A stretch of 64,000 nucleotides of DNA from Azolla caroliniana (Eukaryota > Plantae > Polypodiophyta): assembly GCA_043228905.1 (NCBI GenBank), contig JBHGNT010000001.1, positions 11,222,001 to 11,286,000 on the forward strand, given 5' to 3'. A model generated the notes under the pieces. The model did not search any database and was not told the DNA's origin. It saw only the letters and a program-made list of their open reading frames with translations. How positions within the stretch are numbered: position 1 is the first letter of the stretch; every line of letters begins with the position of its first letter. The position numbers and the translations under genes were made by a program. Below are positions 49,908-62,800 of this stretch, piece by piece.

Positions 49908-52900
49908 AACGACCTACAATCTCTCATACGCAGGTACTCAGAATAGAACTGAATGCTTCTTGATCTTCCGCAATCACGACCTCGCTTGCAACATCTGGTA
50001 TCAGAGCAGAGGTTCGGCCGTCATCACCGCCTGCACAGCATTCGGTTCTTCACTTCATCACGGCCTGCACAGTATTCGCGTCATTCGAAGAAAGAGAGAA
50101 GAAGAACAAAAACGAGGTTTGCACCTCATCGCGTTAGATCCTCTTGCTTGGAGTAAGCCTTCAGGTTGTACTCTGTTCCTTGTGATCGTAACCACTCGAG
50201 GTGAAATCCCCTTGTGCAACATCGACACGATCGTGCTCCACTCGGTTAAACGGCATCCGAAGAGGTAATCAAACGCTGCTCGTTGTAACCACTCGGTGCA
50301 GATCGGTCTCAAGACAACAACCCCAATTCGTGCTTCATCCGGCTGATCGACATTCGAGAGGATCAGTTGGATCTGTCTCTCTCGTCGCTGCAGCCACCCG
50401 AAGCAGAATCGGTCCAGATAATCGGTTTCAATAATCGGTATTCGGCACATATATCCGAAGCGAACCGGGCTCACTCCGACTCGGCAACACTCGGGAAGAC
50501 CAGTCGGTTCTGTCCCTCAAGTTACCGGAGTCAATTCGAGCAAGTTCCGAAGCCGAACCGACTCGGGTTCAAATCCGACTAGAACGATATCGGGTGAGCC
50601 AACCGGCTGCACTCCAACAAGGTTCACAGTCAACTCCGAACCGAGCTTCGTCAACCGAAACCGAATTTGATGGCATCAACATCAGGCTCGTCAGAAATGA
50701 GTCTACGAAAGTTCGATGGATCGAACTTCAACTTCTGGAAGGAACAAATGCAGGACTATCTCATAGTCAAGGGGCAAATCGATCCCATCGAAAATGAAGA
50801 ACCTCCAGAAGGATACAAACCAATTGAGTGGCAGAAGCTGGACAGAATCGTCCGCGCCACGATTCGGATGCACCTATCGGAATCGGTATATTTTACGGTG
50901 CAATCGTGTACGACAGCATTCGAACTGTGGAAAACACTGTCGGACACTTACGAAAAGAAGGTCGCCGCAACGAAGATGTTTCTGATCCGGCGCCTCTACA
51001 ACTTGCGGATGAAAGAATCTGATTCGGTTCAAGCACACCTCAATGAGTACGAAAGCATCAGCTCCCAAATCTCGTCACAGGGGACGGGAATCGAGGATGA
51101 ACTCAGAGCAATGATACTCATGAGCAGCCTTCCCTCATCTTGGGAAACTTTCGTCACAACCGTGTGCAACGCGTCAACCACGGCTGTTAAATACTCCGAA
51201 GTCACGAGCGCAATCCTGACCGAAGCAGCTCGGAGAAAGTCTTTCGCCAAAGACTCAACAGACGACGCTTACGTAGTACAAGGTTCGACAGACCGATCGA
51301 ACATACGAGGAAGAGATTCCTCACGACCGCCGAACAATCAGCGAAGACGGAGCCAGTCACGGGATAACCGAATCTGCAACTATTGCAAGAAACCCGGACA
51401 CATCAAAGCCGACTGCCGCGCACTCAAGAACAAGAACAACAAGAAGAGTGGCCGGCATGAGGAGATCAATTACGTCAGCTTCTCAGCTGATGTACTACCG
51501 GACGACCCGAATATACTAACAATCGAAAATCCAGTCGGATCAGAAGTTCTGCTCACGACTGAAGAATCGAGCACATGGCTCTTGGATTCGGGCGCGTCAT
51601 TTCATGTGACTCCTCATCGGTCCCAATTTCGGCAATATACGATCCGTCACTCCGACTCAGTTCGGGTCGGCAACTCGCAACACTGTGACATCATCGGAAT
51701 CGGCACAGTAGAGCTCAACCTTGCCGGTGGCTCTACACTTGTACTCCACAATGTCCGACATGTACCCGAGCTCTCAAGGCCATTGATCTCAGTCGGACAA
51801 CTAGATGAAGACGGCATTCGTGCCGGTTTTTCTTCGGGAGGGTGGACACTCCACAGGGGGAACCTTCTGCTTGCTAGAGGACCCAAGATACACTCCCTGT
51901 ATCCGTTACATGTTACGCTCCGAGAGGGTAACCTGTTTTTGGTGGACATTCCTGTGTCATCACTATGGCATAGAAGATTAGGACACCTCAGCAAGGCCGG
52001 CATCACGCACCTATCTAGAGCCGGATACATCCCTAAACTCTCCTTCTCCGACCATCAATTTTGCGAGCATTGCCAGTATGGCAAGCAAGCAGCCGCATCA
52101 CACCCGACATCAGCACCAAGAGAAACGAGACCTCTCGATTTGGTCCTCTCGGACGTCTGTGGCCCAATGCCGCATCAGTCTCTTGGCGGTGCCTCTTACT
52201 TCGTCACTTTTATTGACGATTCGACTCGAAAGGTGTGGGCGTATCCAATTCGCACCAAAGATCGTGTTTTCTCGATCTTCTCAGATTGGCTCGCTATGGT
52301 AGAAAATCAAACCGACCGAAAACTGAAATGCTTTCGGACCGACAATGGGGGAGAGTTCAAATCCGATGAATTCGTCAAATTCTGCCGACAACGCGGCATT
52401 CGACGTGAATTTACGGCACCACACAGTCCGGAGCAAAACGGGATTGCAGAACGTATGAATCGGACAATCCAAGAAAGGATAGTTTCCATGCTCCAACACT
52501 CCGGACTGTCGGATGGCTTCTGGGCAGAGGCTCTACTCACGGCAGTACACATAATCAATATGTCGCCAAGTAGACCTCTAGGACTTCAAATTCCTCAGGA
52601 ACTATGGATCGGCAGTAAGCCGAATTACGACAAGCTGAGGATCTTCGGATGCGAGGCGTACGCCCTTATTCCGAAAGATGATCGCCGAAAACTTGCACCT
52701 CGGTCCAGGAAATGCATTTTCCTTGGATATGGATCCGACGGCGAAATGGGATACCGACTCTGGGACCCCGAACGCAGACAAATCGTTCGAAGTTCGGACG
52801 TTGTGTTCAACGAGTCGGCTATGAATCCATCAGTCGAAAAACCGATCGAAGTCCGAAGGGTAACATTTTCCGATGTGCCGACCCTTCAAGAAGGCCCCGC

Positions 52901-55050
52901 TCTCAACACACGGTCAGCTTCACGGGTAGCTGAACCTTACACTACCGACTCGGACAACTCTGACTCGGCACAGCCGAATGATTCGGTTTCGGACTATCCG
53001 ACCTCGATACCCGATGCGACCAGTCCAATTATACCTCGCCGATCCGAGAGACTGTCGCAACCTCCGGAGAGGTATTCTCCTGGAATTTTCTTCACCGACG
53101 CCGGCGAACCGACGTCTTACGAAGAAGCATCGACATCTGTCGATTCAGCCACCTGGCATCTGGCGATGGAGTCGGAAATGCACTCCATCCGGGCAAACAA
53201 GACTTGGGATCTGGTCGAATTACCTAGGAACCGACGTGCTCTTCCTTGCAAGTGGGTTTATCGACTAAAAGAGACGTCTGATTCGACCACCCCAAAGTAC
53301 AAGGCCAGATTAGTTGCGAAGGGCTTCCGACAAGAATATGGCGTCGACTTCGACGAGATTTTTTCACCAGTGGTGAAAATGACAACCCTTCGTTTCCTAC
53401 TCGGCGTAGTGGCAGCCGACAACTTGGAGCTGATTCAGCTAGATGTCAAAACAGCATTCCTCCATGGTGATCTTGACGAGGAAATTTATATGGAGCAGCC
53501 AAAAGGCTTCGTGGCAACCGGCCAAGAACATCTAGTCTGCCGACTCAGGAAGAGTCTATACGGCCTCAAACAGGCACCGCGACAATGGTACAAGAAGTTC
53601 GACGACTTCATCCAATCGATCGGCTTCTCCAAAAGCGATGAGGACCATTGTCTCTTCACCAATACAGCTCAAGATGGATCACCCGTCTTCCTCATCATTT
53701 ACGTGGACGACATGCTAATTTCTGGACGCCACGCGGGCGAACTTGCCGATCTCGTTCGGCAACTGCGGTTGAAGTTTGCCATGAAGGACCTCGGTCCGGC
53801 ATGACACATCCTTGGCATGAAGATTAGTCGGCATCGCGATAAACGACATCTTTTTCTGTCTCAGACCGACTATATCCGACGTGTCTTAGAACGCTTCAAC
53901 ATGCAATCAGCCAAATCTGCTTCAACCCCGCTCCCTATGAATCTTCGGCTCTCTCAGCGAGACTGCCCGACATCCGGTCCGGAGGGGGAAGATATGAAGT
54001 CGGTACCGTATGCACCGGCAGTCGGCTCCCTTATGTACCTGATGGTCGCGACACGGCCTGATATTTCTCACGCCGTAGGAGTCGTCAGCAGATTTATGCA
54101 CAATCCTGGCCGATCGCATTGGAACGCAGTCAAGCATGTGTTCAGATATCTGGCTGGCACAAAAGACCACGACATTCTTTTCGGACCGAACCGAACCTCA
54201 GGCGTAGTCGGTTACACCGACTCGGACTTCGCCGGCTGTATAGACAGTCGGAAATCTACAACCGGATACTGCTTCAAATTCGGCAATGGAGCAATCTCGT
54301 GGAAGTCGAAACTTCAGGAGTGCACAGCGACCTCAACGACCGAAGCAGAATATGTAGCTGCGTCCGACGCAGCAAAAGAAGCTTTGTGGCTCGGTCGGCT
54401 GGCGCACACGTTTCGACAAGTCGAACATGACTCGGCTCCAGTTGTCTACAGCGACAGTCAAGGTGCTGTTGCCTTGTCGAAAAATCCGGTTCACCACAAC
54501 GCCTCCAAGCATATCGACGTTCGATATCACTTCGTTCGGGACTGCGTCATTTCAGGGAAAATCGGTCTAGAGAAAATATCCACAACCGACAATGTCGCAG
54601 ATGGAATGACCAAGTGTCTTTCGGCAGACCGCTTTCGGTCTCTTCGGCATCAGATGGGCGTAACGACAAACCAGTCCGGTTAGAGCCGGACACAGAGCAG
54701 GATGGTTCCCGACAACCGACGTCAGTTCCTTAATGATCGGCTTCAACTGTTCCGACCCGACCAGTTCGGTCTTCTGCCTTCGGACCCTGCCGACTCGAAC
54801 AAAGCTGATATGTCCGAGAACCTAAGTCTATACCTGTAATCTTAGATAACCCATGTATACGCCCATTACGGGGGAGTGTCGAATACATGTGTATAATGGA
54901 CGTATTCACACTATCCCGTTTCGGCCATTTATGTAATTAGCATAAAGGGTAGTTGCCCTAAGTTGGTCACTATATATATTGACCCTGTAACCTCTTTGTG
55001 AGGTTGGTTGTTGTATTATTTGCTTTATGAAATAAAGACTCTCTTTTGTG

Positions 55051-55085
<35 letters not shown>

Positions 55086-55171
55086 AACGACCTACAATCT
55101 CTCATACGCAGGTACTCAGAATAGAACTGAATGCTTCTTGATCTTCCGCAATCACGACCTCGCTTGCAACA
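49695..55171 (+). mobile_element. Copia E2: sister of E1, inserted in Copia I 3' LTR, TSD CATCC
   Basis: TSD at 49690-49694 and 55172-55176; LTRs 49695-49993 and 54877-55171; PBS 49996-50007; PPT about 54870-54876. Confidence 0.96.
50670..54683 (+). pseudogene. Copia E2 gag-pol with one nonsense codon at 53802-53804
   Basis: Nearly identical protein to E1; GPA*HILG versus GPARHILG. Confidence 0.93.
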
Positions 55172-55428
55172 CATCCTATGTACTCTTCTCTCCTTTGTGT
55201 CGCGTGTTTTCGGTTTCTTGTTTTCTGTGTATGATTCTAAGCTCGGTTGTGGCCGAGCGTTGTGCATAAGGAGCATTGAAGTTCCCGTCAGAGGACTCCG
55301 CATCCCTTGAGCCGCTCCTCCGCTTGCTTCCTTTCTCAACCGTTGACGCCGGCCATAGTACAACCTCCGTTGTCGGAGAACCAAAATTTCCTACCTAAGG
55401 TACAGGTCTTCTTCCGTACTGTACATTT

Positions 55429-55494
55429 GTGGGGTTTTTCCGGGGTGTCTGGACTATCGCGGCCCCACGCCTTGATAGCCCTCTCTAAAAATCC
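55429..55494 (-). promoter_or_regulatory. Candidate -1 ribosomal frameshift signal, Gypsy H
   Basis: G GAT TTT TAG, 6-nt spacer, 8-bp stem GGGCTATC/GATAGTCC, downstream CCCCAC complementary to internal GTGGGG. Confidence 0.72.
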
Positions 55495-57638
55495 CCTCGG
55501 GTTTCGCCACCGAGGGTCTCGCGGTTACGCTCATGGTTTGGTCGCACCGTCACGAACTGGACCGAGTGACGCCTGTCCTGGCTCTTGACTCTTGCATAGG
55601 TCGAACCGTTGTCCAGCACCTTGGTCTCCATCCGTGCCGTCGTGATGTATGGTTCTCCTAGTATAACCGGATGTGAGGACGTCTCCTGTACGAAGAAGTG
55701 ATGGTTGATCTCGACATCGCCGATTTTCACCCGTACATTCGGGCAGGCTCCATGTAGTTCTTCGATGGCGCGCGTCACTGCCCGTATTTTCCAGCCGTGT
55801 TTGGTGTTGATCGGTCATTTCCCCTTTTTGTAGAAGTCCATGGACATCAAGTTGATTTCTGAACCGTGGTCCACCAACACCACCACCGGCTCCTGGACAT
55901 CCCCGATCTTAACATTGGTCTCCGTGGTTGCTCTGGCCTAGTGCGGCCTCGAATAGTGGCTTTCCGCCAGCTCGTCTTCTAGCGCCATGTCCTCTATGTG
56001 CGTCGTTCGCACTTCCGCCGGCTTCTCCGACTCTAGCTCTATTGACAGCCTCTTCGTCTTCACGAAGTCTACGATGGAGTCGTGGAACTCCTTCTTGGCG
56101 ATCCCGAGCACTTCCCTCAGCGACAGCTCCACCTTGATGTCGAGGATACGTTCCTCCAGGACCTTTCGCAGGTCCGTGGTCCTTTCGATTTCCGTGCTCA
56201 ACCGATACCCGGCCTTCTTGGCTTTATCCGGTGCGCCGGTCGCACCGGCCTCATTTTGCCTTTGACCGAATCGGGTCTTGTACCGTTGCGAGGGCCCGGC
56301 CCCTCCTATTTTACCTACTCGCTTGTCTTTCACCAGAGCCTCGTAGTTCTGGCATGCGGCTTCAACGAGGCCCGTCTTCTCTTCGACCGGGTTGCTCCAC
56401 CCGGTTACCTCCTGGACCCGTTTTTCCACGCGGTCCGCTTCTTCTTTCCTTAGCCTTGCGCCGGCGAGGCCTTCCAGCATCAGCGGCCAGAATCCGGCTT
56501 TGTTCGACTTCCGGGCCTCACCACCTCCGACCCGGATCCCAGCCGACGCCGAGTAGTGGACGGTCTCCGCGTGGCGAGCCGCCGCTTCTTCCATCAGCCA
56601 TTTCATACCCCCTCATCCGACATTCAAGTCCAAGGCCCTTCGGGTCTCGCTAGCATGCACCCAACCGTTCCATAGGTACACCACATTGTCTCTCATTGCC
56701 TCAGCGAAGTCCCCGTAGTCCTTCCGGATGTGGCTGACCGCGTCGCACCACAAACACCAGTTTCCAGCCAGAGGCCTTCGGTCACGGGCTTGTTCGCCGC
56801 CGTCCCTCCGTGCTTGTGCAATCTCAAGGTCCTTTACCATCCTAATCAGCTCCTCTAGAGTTGCTCCTCTGGACGAGCCTTTGACCATGCCGGTCGAAGT
56901 CGATCCGGTCTCAAGCCAGTCTTGGGTCTCTTCCCTTCGCGCTGGCGGGGTTGGCTCAAGTTTCCTTGCTGTTACAAAGCCCGCCCCTGTTGACCCTTTA
57001 TCGACCCAATCTTGTCGTTTGTCGAAACGGCCACAAACTCTCTTCACCACGGCCCAGTCGGCCGTCAGCCCGTCATTAGTCTCCAACAAGAGACCCACTT
57101 GCTCCCGGTCCCTCACATACACCGACTTAACGAACAGCAAGACGCGACTTGTGTCTAGTACGGTCCGGTCGAGCGCCGAAAGACACGCGAAGTGTTCTTC
57201 AAACTCCCGGAGGAGCACCGATGCGTTTCTCCCCTTTTCGAGGGTCTCAACCCATTCCATGAAGTCCCGTTTCGATAGCCGAAGCGCGTCATCAAGCCCG
57301 TATTTTTCGAGGAGCCGTTCTTCAAACTCCTCCCAAGTTTGGCTCTCAGCCCGTACCTCGAGCACCTCCGCATGGATGCCCGGCATCGCCACCCGAGGGA
57401 ACCCGGTTAGTCGCCTTTCTTCCGGAATGTCTCTCATTACCATCTCAGCCCGGTAGGCCTCCAAATAGCTTGTGGCATCCTTTCCACCGAACCGGCCTAT
57501 CGTGCCGACGACCTCTTCAATAGCCCTATCGAGGGCGCCTGCGCCTTCACGCGCACTCACTATCTGATCCACAGTCGAAGCCATGGCTTCCGCGAGATCC
57601 GACCCCCTCATCTCTCTATTCCTCTGTCGCTTGTTCAC
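55485..57638 (-). pseudogene. Gypsy H gag-protease ORF
   Basis: ORFs 56613-57638, 55938-56606 and 55485-55778 share one frame, broken by single transition-type stops; CLWCDAVSH knuckle; protease LVDHGSEINLM. Confidence 0.85.
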
Positions 57639-57651
57639 GTCGGGTTCACCA
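57634..57651 (-). promoter_or_regulatory. Gypsy H PBS, tRNA-Trp
   Basis: TGGTGAACCCGACGTGAA, identical to K's PBS. Confidence 0.85.
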
Positions 57652-57655
57652 AATA

Positions 57656-58352
57656 TGTCCCGTTGTTACACGCGTGCGTGGCGAACGAGGCGGGACCACC
57701 AGGGTCTTGGACCGAGAAATAGCTAAGAAGGAGGAGAGCAGAAAGGCAACGGACACACTTGCACACGCAGAGACACGGGGCACACAGGAATCACAATCCA
57801 ACAACACAACAAACAAGACGACTAGAAGTCCGAGTATATGAACACGTATGTATATAAATATATATATATATATATATCGAGACGGTTACAACTAGCAGGC
57901 CGGCAAGGCGAACACCGACGCCTGTTCACTCACACACACAAGAGCGAGATGGAGGCTTTGCCGGAAGCACACAGGCATTCTGCGGAGCAGAGTCAGCCTC
58001 CCGAAAACCTGCGCAAAATGGCTATGGAGAGTGGCAAAGGAGAAGGGCTCGGTCCCAGTCCGGCAACACTTCCTCCTCTCTAACACGCGATAGCCTTCCC
58101 ATTCCTTTCCCTCTCTTTTATAGCCCAAGGAGGGAGGCCGTTATCATCCGTTACATCATATTAATTCTTTGTCCTTTCGGACAGGGATACCCCCCTCGAT
58201 TCTCTCCCTATTGCATGCGTGCTACCTAGGATTTCACCTTAGCCGACTTATACCTACCTACTTACTATACAACGAAAAGTGTGCTCGCGTGTAAGGGCCG
58301 GTTTACACACGCTAAACTCAGTTTCCGCCTAGGGACGGTTTTCTTCACGACA
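57656..58352 (-). repeat. Gypsy H 5' LTR
   Basis: Minus strand TGTCGTGAAGA...GGGACA; next to the PBS. Confidence 0.88.
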
Positions 58353-59790
58353 ATGCAGTGGCGGATTTTTTGAGCAGACTCGAGAATGGAGAAACAGTAC
58401 AAAAAGATGACGACGATTTTCCGGACGTCCACATGTAGCAGCACTAGCAGAAAGAACGGAATTGACCTTTTCGGACCGGTGGCTTATGGAAATGACGTAC
58501 TTTTTTACTACGGGACTGCCTCCACCCCAATTACGCACGAACGAGAAGAAACGACTAGCCGTCCGAAGCCGTCACTTCTGCCTCGTAGAAGGAGTTTTAT
58601 ATCACAAAGGAAGTGACGGCATTTGGCGGCGTGGGGTACGTCAGGATGAGAAGGAAGCAGTTTTACGGGAGGCGCACTGCGGCACGGCAGGTGGCCATTA
58701 CATGGGCGATGTTACAGCCCGGAAAGTATGGCAGGCGGGCTTATGGTGGCCAACAACGCAAAAGGACGCATCCGAGTATTGTAGAAAGTGTGATTTGTGT
58801 CAACGGATGGGCCAGCCCTCAGAGGGCGCAAGGATGCCACACCAGCCCGTATTACCGCTAGACCCCTTCCAAAAGTGGGGATTGGATTTTGTGGGCCCCT
58901 TCACACCGGCGGTAGCCCGTACGGGCAATAAATACATATTGGTAGCTACGGATTATTGCACCAAGTGGGTAGAAGCAAAGGCACTACGTGAAAATACGGT
59001 TGCCGTCACAGCCAGATTCCTTTACGAGCACATATGGTGCCGATTCGGCTGTCCGATTGAGCTCATCAGTGACCAGGGGAGTCACTTTCTCAATACGGTG
59101 GTTCGGGAACTAACACATCATTATGCTGTAGTCCATAAAAAGAGTACGCCATATTATCCACAGGCAAATGGGTTAGTGGAATCCAACAACAAGACGTTGC
59201 AGACCATCTTGAAGAAAATCGTCAATGAAAATAGAACGGACTGGGATACCAAATTACAGAGTGCGTTATGGGCGTACAGAACCAGTTACAAAACAAGCAT
59301 ACAGTCAACACCATTTCAACTAGCGTTTGGGCTGGAGGTTGTGATGCCGGTCGAATTTCAGGTACCCAGTTTGCGAATTCAGGTACGAGACCGACTATCG
59401 AAAGCCAAGTTGGAGGAGGTATGGCTCCACCAGCTACTTGAACTCGGGGAAAAACACGTACACAGCATGGGTGTGTTGGAGCAGGAACAACGACGGCGTA
59501 AAGCGTTTGTGGATCGACATCGGAACGCAAGAGAAAAGGAGTTCGCCGTCGGTCGGGCGGTGCTGGTTTTCCAAACCCGCATGGACCATATGCCAGGGAA
59601 GTTATGCTTCCACTGGACCGGCCCATACTGGATAATTGGAGCGGAACAAGGCACATTCCAACTAGGTACGCTGGTTGGGGAAGTAGTACGGCAAAAGGTG
59701 AATGGGTTTTGCCTTAAACCTTACCTGGGCTCTACACCACCTAACCCATTCACCGCCAAACAGGACAAAGCCGGCGAACCCGAGGCGTAA
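58353..59790 (+). pseudogene. Gypsy G RNase H end plus integrase (open 58462-59790)
   Basis: AVADFLSRL; HCGTAGGH...CDLCQ; WGLDFVGP, SDQGSHF, NGLVE; WTGPY. Confidence 0.9.
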
Positions 59791-59896
59791 ATGGGCAGCC
59801 CCACTTGTACCATAATGTAAAAATAGGTTGTATATAACCGTTACGGAAAAAACAAAAAAAACAAAAAGAGAAGATAGCGACTATTAAAAGGACTAA

Positions 59897-62800
59897 ATGC
59901 ATGCACAGACTCCTAGTTCAAGAACACGTGGCACCACGATGGCTCACCGCCCAATGAACCCTAAGCCACAAAAAGAAGGAAATAGAAGATCTTTTGCACA
60001 AAACAGAAACCCACCTTCTAACTATCAACGCTCCCATCACTCCTCCCCCTCACCTTCTCCTCCATCCTATCACAGAGCTCCAGCCCACCGCAACCACCAG
60101 TCTCCTTCCCACAAACCTACTCTGGCGATGCCGATCTTCATCTCTATTGCCTTACGCCGATGGCTCGTGGAGAAACGCCTGGACGGGTACATACGGGTCA
60201 CAAAGGCACCCCCACACCCGGATGCCATGGACATCGCCAGGAAACTGAACATCGACACGGTCACCAACTCTTCTATCCGGAAAAAGTTGGACATGTCATC
60301 ACTAGGCGAAAGGCATTTCGAAATCCCTCCCGCAGAGGCGCTGCAGCGATATTTCGGGCCATACTCCTCCTCCGCCAAGGCCTATAGAATGAAGCAGATC
60401 CTAGATCCCTTCTTCCGTGAAGTTGCCAAGTTCCTGTTAGAGATCGACTGCGTACATGTCAACGCATATGGGATGCCCAAGCAGAAGGCGAGGATCATTA
60501 TCGATACCTTTGAAGGACGTGCGGTCGATTGGGGGGTCATCACAGGGCCGGCGTTACGGGAAGGCCTGCATGCGTATCAGGTAGGAAAAAAGCTCAGGCC
60601 AATCATACAACAATACCTTACGATACTATTCCCACCCCGAGGCCTGCCGGCACCACAGCCCAGCCGACCCACGCCCCTGCCCTGATCCGCGAAACGTAGG
60701 TTAGCGGAGTTAGCGGCCCCAGAGTGGGAAGAGGAACCCCAACCCGCCCAGCCAGACACGCGGACAACACCTCCCGCCCAACCAGACACACGGACAATGC
60801 AAGCGGAACAACCGACACGTTCCATGGCAACAGCCCCAGAGCCCGATACCGAAACACGACAGGATAGCCCCAGACCAAAACGACGTAGATTGGATAGGAA
60901 AGATGGGCGGGGATTGGTCAAAGACGTCCCCACGGCGGCAGAAACAACGAATGACGGCGATGGCTCCGTAGCTACGGAGCACAATACCACCTTCGAAATC
61001 ATCTGGGAGCCACGACCGATCATTACGACCCAGTCCCAATGAGGGAAAGTCGTATTGACGGTGGAAAGCGAGGTGTTGGCATATCTAGATATCCCAGATA
61101 CGGCCCATGAGTTCAGCGCCCTCTTACAATTCGGAACCTCTTTTGAGATCATGGAATTCCTGGCAACACAACAGATAAAAGCCTCCCAACGAATGGTCGA
61201 GGAGCACGCAGAGTGCCAGATGATCGAGCGCGCCCTGACACAAACGGCGGAGAGCGACGATGAGGACCGACTAGCCAGGGTTGGTAGACAGAGGAACGTC
61301 GGGGTATGCCGAGTAGGGATGGAGCTACCCCCATTAAACACGGCCCTAGTTGAAGTCCATAGGGAACTGGCAAAGGTCAGCACGGGCACCAAGGAGATGG
61401 CCATTAAAAATAAGAATGTCTAGAAGAAGGTGAAAATGACCCAAGCCGAGCTGCAAAAAGCCAACGAACGCATCACAGAGTTGGAAGCTAACGCGACTAC
61501 GGCGCAACACACAACTCCGCCACCAAACCACACCATTGACTCTTTGAAGGAAGAAATTGAGGCTCAGACCGCCATCGCCTCGAAAGCAAAAAGGGTCGTG
61601 CAACTTGCGGAATCAGAAATTGACCGCCTTCGAGCTGAACTGCGCCAATCCTCAGACAGAGAAAAGGAGATCCGAGCTAACAGCCGAAAGGCAGTAAAAA
61701 TCCTTGAAGAGAACCTCGCTACAGAGGTAGCTCAGCACATCCGAACAAAAGACGAAAACGCCCAATTACAGGATGAAGCGAAGAAATCGGAGGCGGCAAT
61801 TGTAGAACTTCGGGCCTTATTAGAGAAAAAGAAGGTATGGTTCGACGAGCAGCTGGTGGTCGAACAGGAAAGAAGGCATCAGCTCGAAATCCGCCTAAAC
61901 AATGAAATGGGGAAATTAGAAGAACAACATGCAAAGGAATCCCAGCTGTGGGCGGGCCTGAAGGCCACGTACGAAGAAGCGGCGGCGGTTAAACAACAAG
62001 AAATTGCAAACCTCCAGAAGTCGATGGAGGACGCACGCAACCGTTGCTAGGCCATCATAGACGACGTGCATATCCTTCTCCAAACAAATCGGGAGAGGTT
62101 CACAGCGTAATTGAAAATAGCGTTGGACAAAGGATGGATGGCGTGGGCAACCCAGGTAGCGGAATTGCACGCGTATCGTGCGGATTGGGAGAACCGGCGA
62201 AAAGATGGTCGAGGTTTCTATAAACTAAATGAGGAGAGCATTGCGGCCATACGAGAGGACCTTGCGCTAGCTCTTAGACGATTTTGGTGAAAGCCAGGAG
62301 CAGCTATTTCAACAGATCACACAAGCCGGCAACACGCGAACAAATGAGGAATCCAGCGCGACGCCAATTCCAGGCATGGCAGAAGAACAGGAACCTCATG
62401 CCAAATCACCAGAAATTACAATGACGGTGAACAACGCGGACCGACGAGCGGAGTCCCCCACAGTACCAGACAGCGAAACCACTACCCAAGAGGAGGTTCA
62501 TCCGCACGAGCCCACACTATCATCGGACCACACGGAGAACGGTGCGGTCTAGGCGGAATCGCAGCCCCACTCCCCGGAACGTACAAAGACGGCCGACACC
62601 GCGGAGGAAGTAATGATTGAGACAACGTCGCGGCCGACCGCAAGCACGACGACGGTGGAGCCCAACCCACTAGCTCAAGAAGAGCCCACCGTACCCGGAC
62701 CGACCACACATGATGATTGCGACATCGGGAGAAACCATTCCGACCAAATAGGGGAGCCCCACCACGATGCACCTACACCCTACGTCGCCTCCGGACGCGG

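Larger units (their letters stand above)
38819..55290 (+). mobile_element. Copia I (Tnt1/Tork-like), TSD GAGGA, containing J and E2
   Basis: TSD at 38814-38818 and 55291-55295; 5' LTR 38819-39635; PBS 39638-39649; 3' LTR 49046-55290 split by E2. Confidence 0.93.
35415..58352 (-). mobile_element. Gypsy H: tRNA-Trp-primed element with 3' LTR mostly deleted
   Basis: 5' LTR 57656-58352; PBS 57634-57651; PPT 35449-35460; 3' LTR remnant 35415-35448 matches about 58319-58352; order gag-PR-RT-RH-INT. Confidence 0.9.

Noticed and set aside
53802-53804. Stop-codon readthrough in E2
   Set aside because: Sister E1 has CGA, so a simple transition explains it.
60577-61404. 275-aa minus-strand ORF and many similar shadow ORFs
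   Set aside because: Antisense to GC-rich coding sequence with no recognisable motifs.
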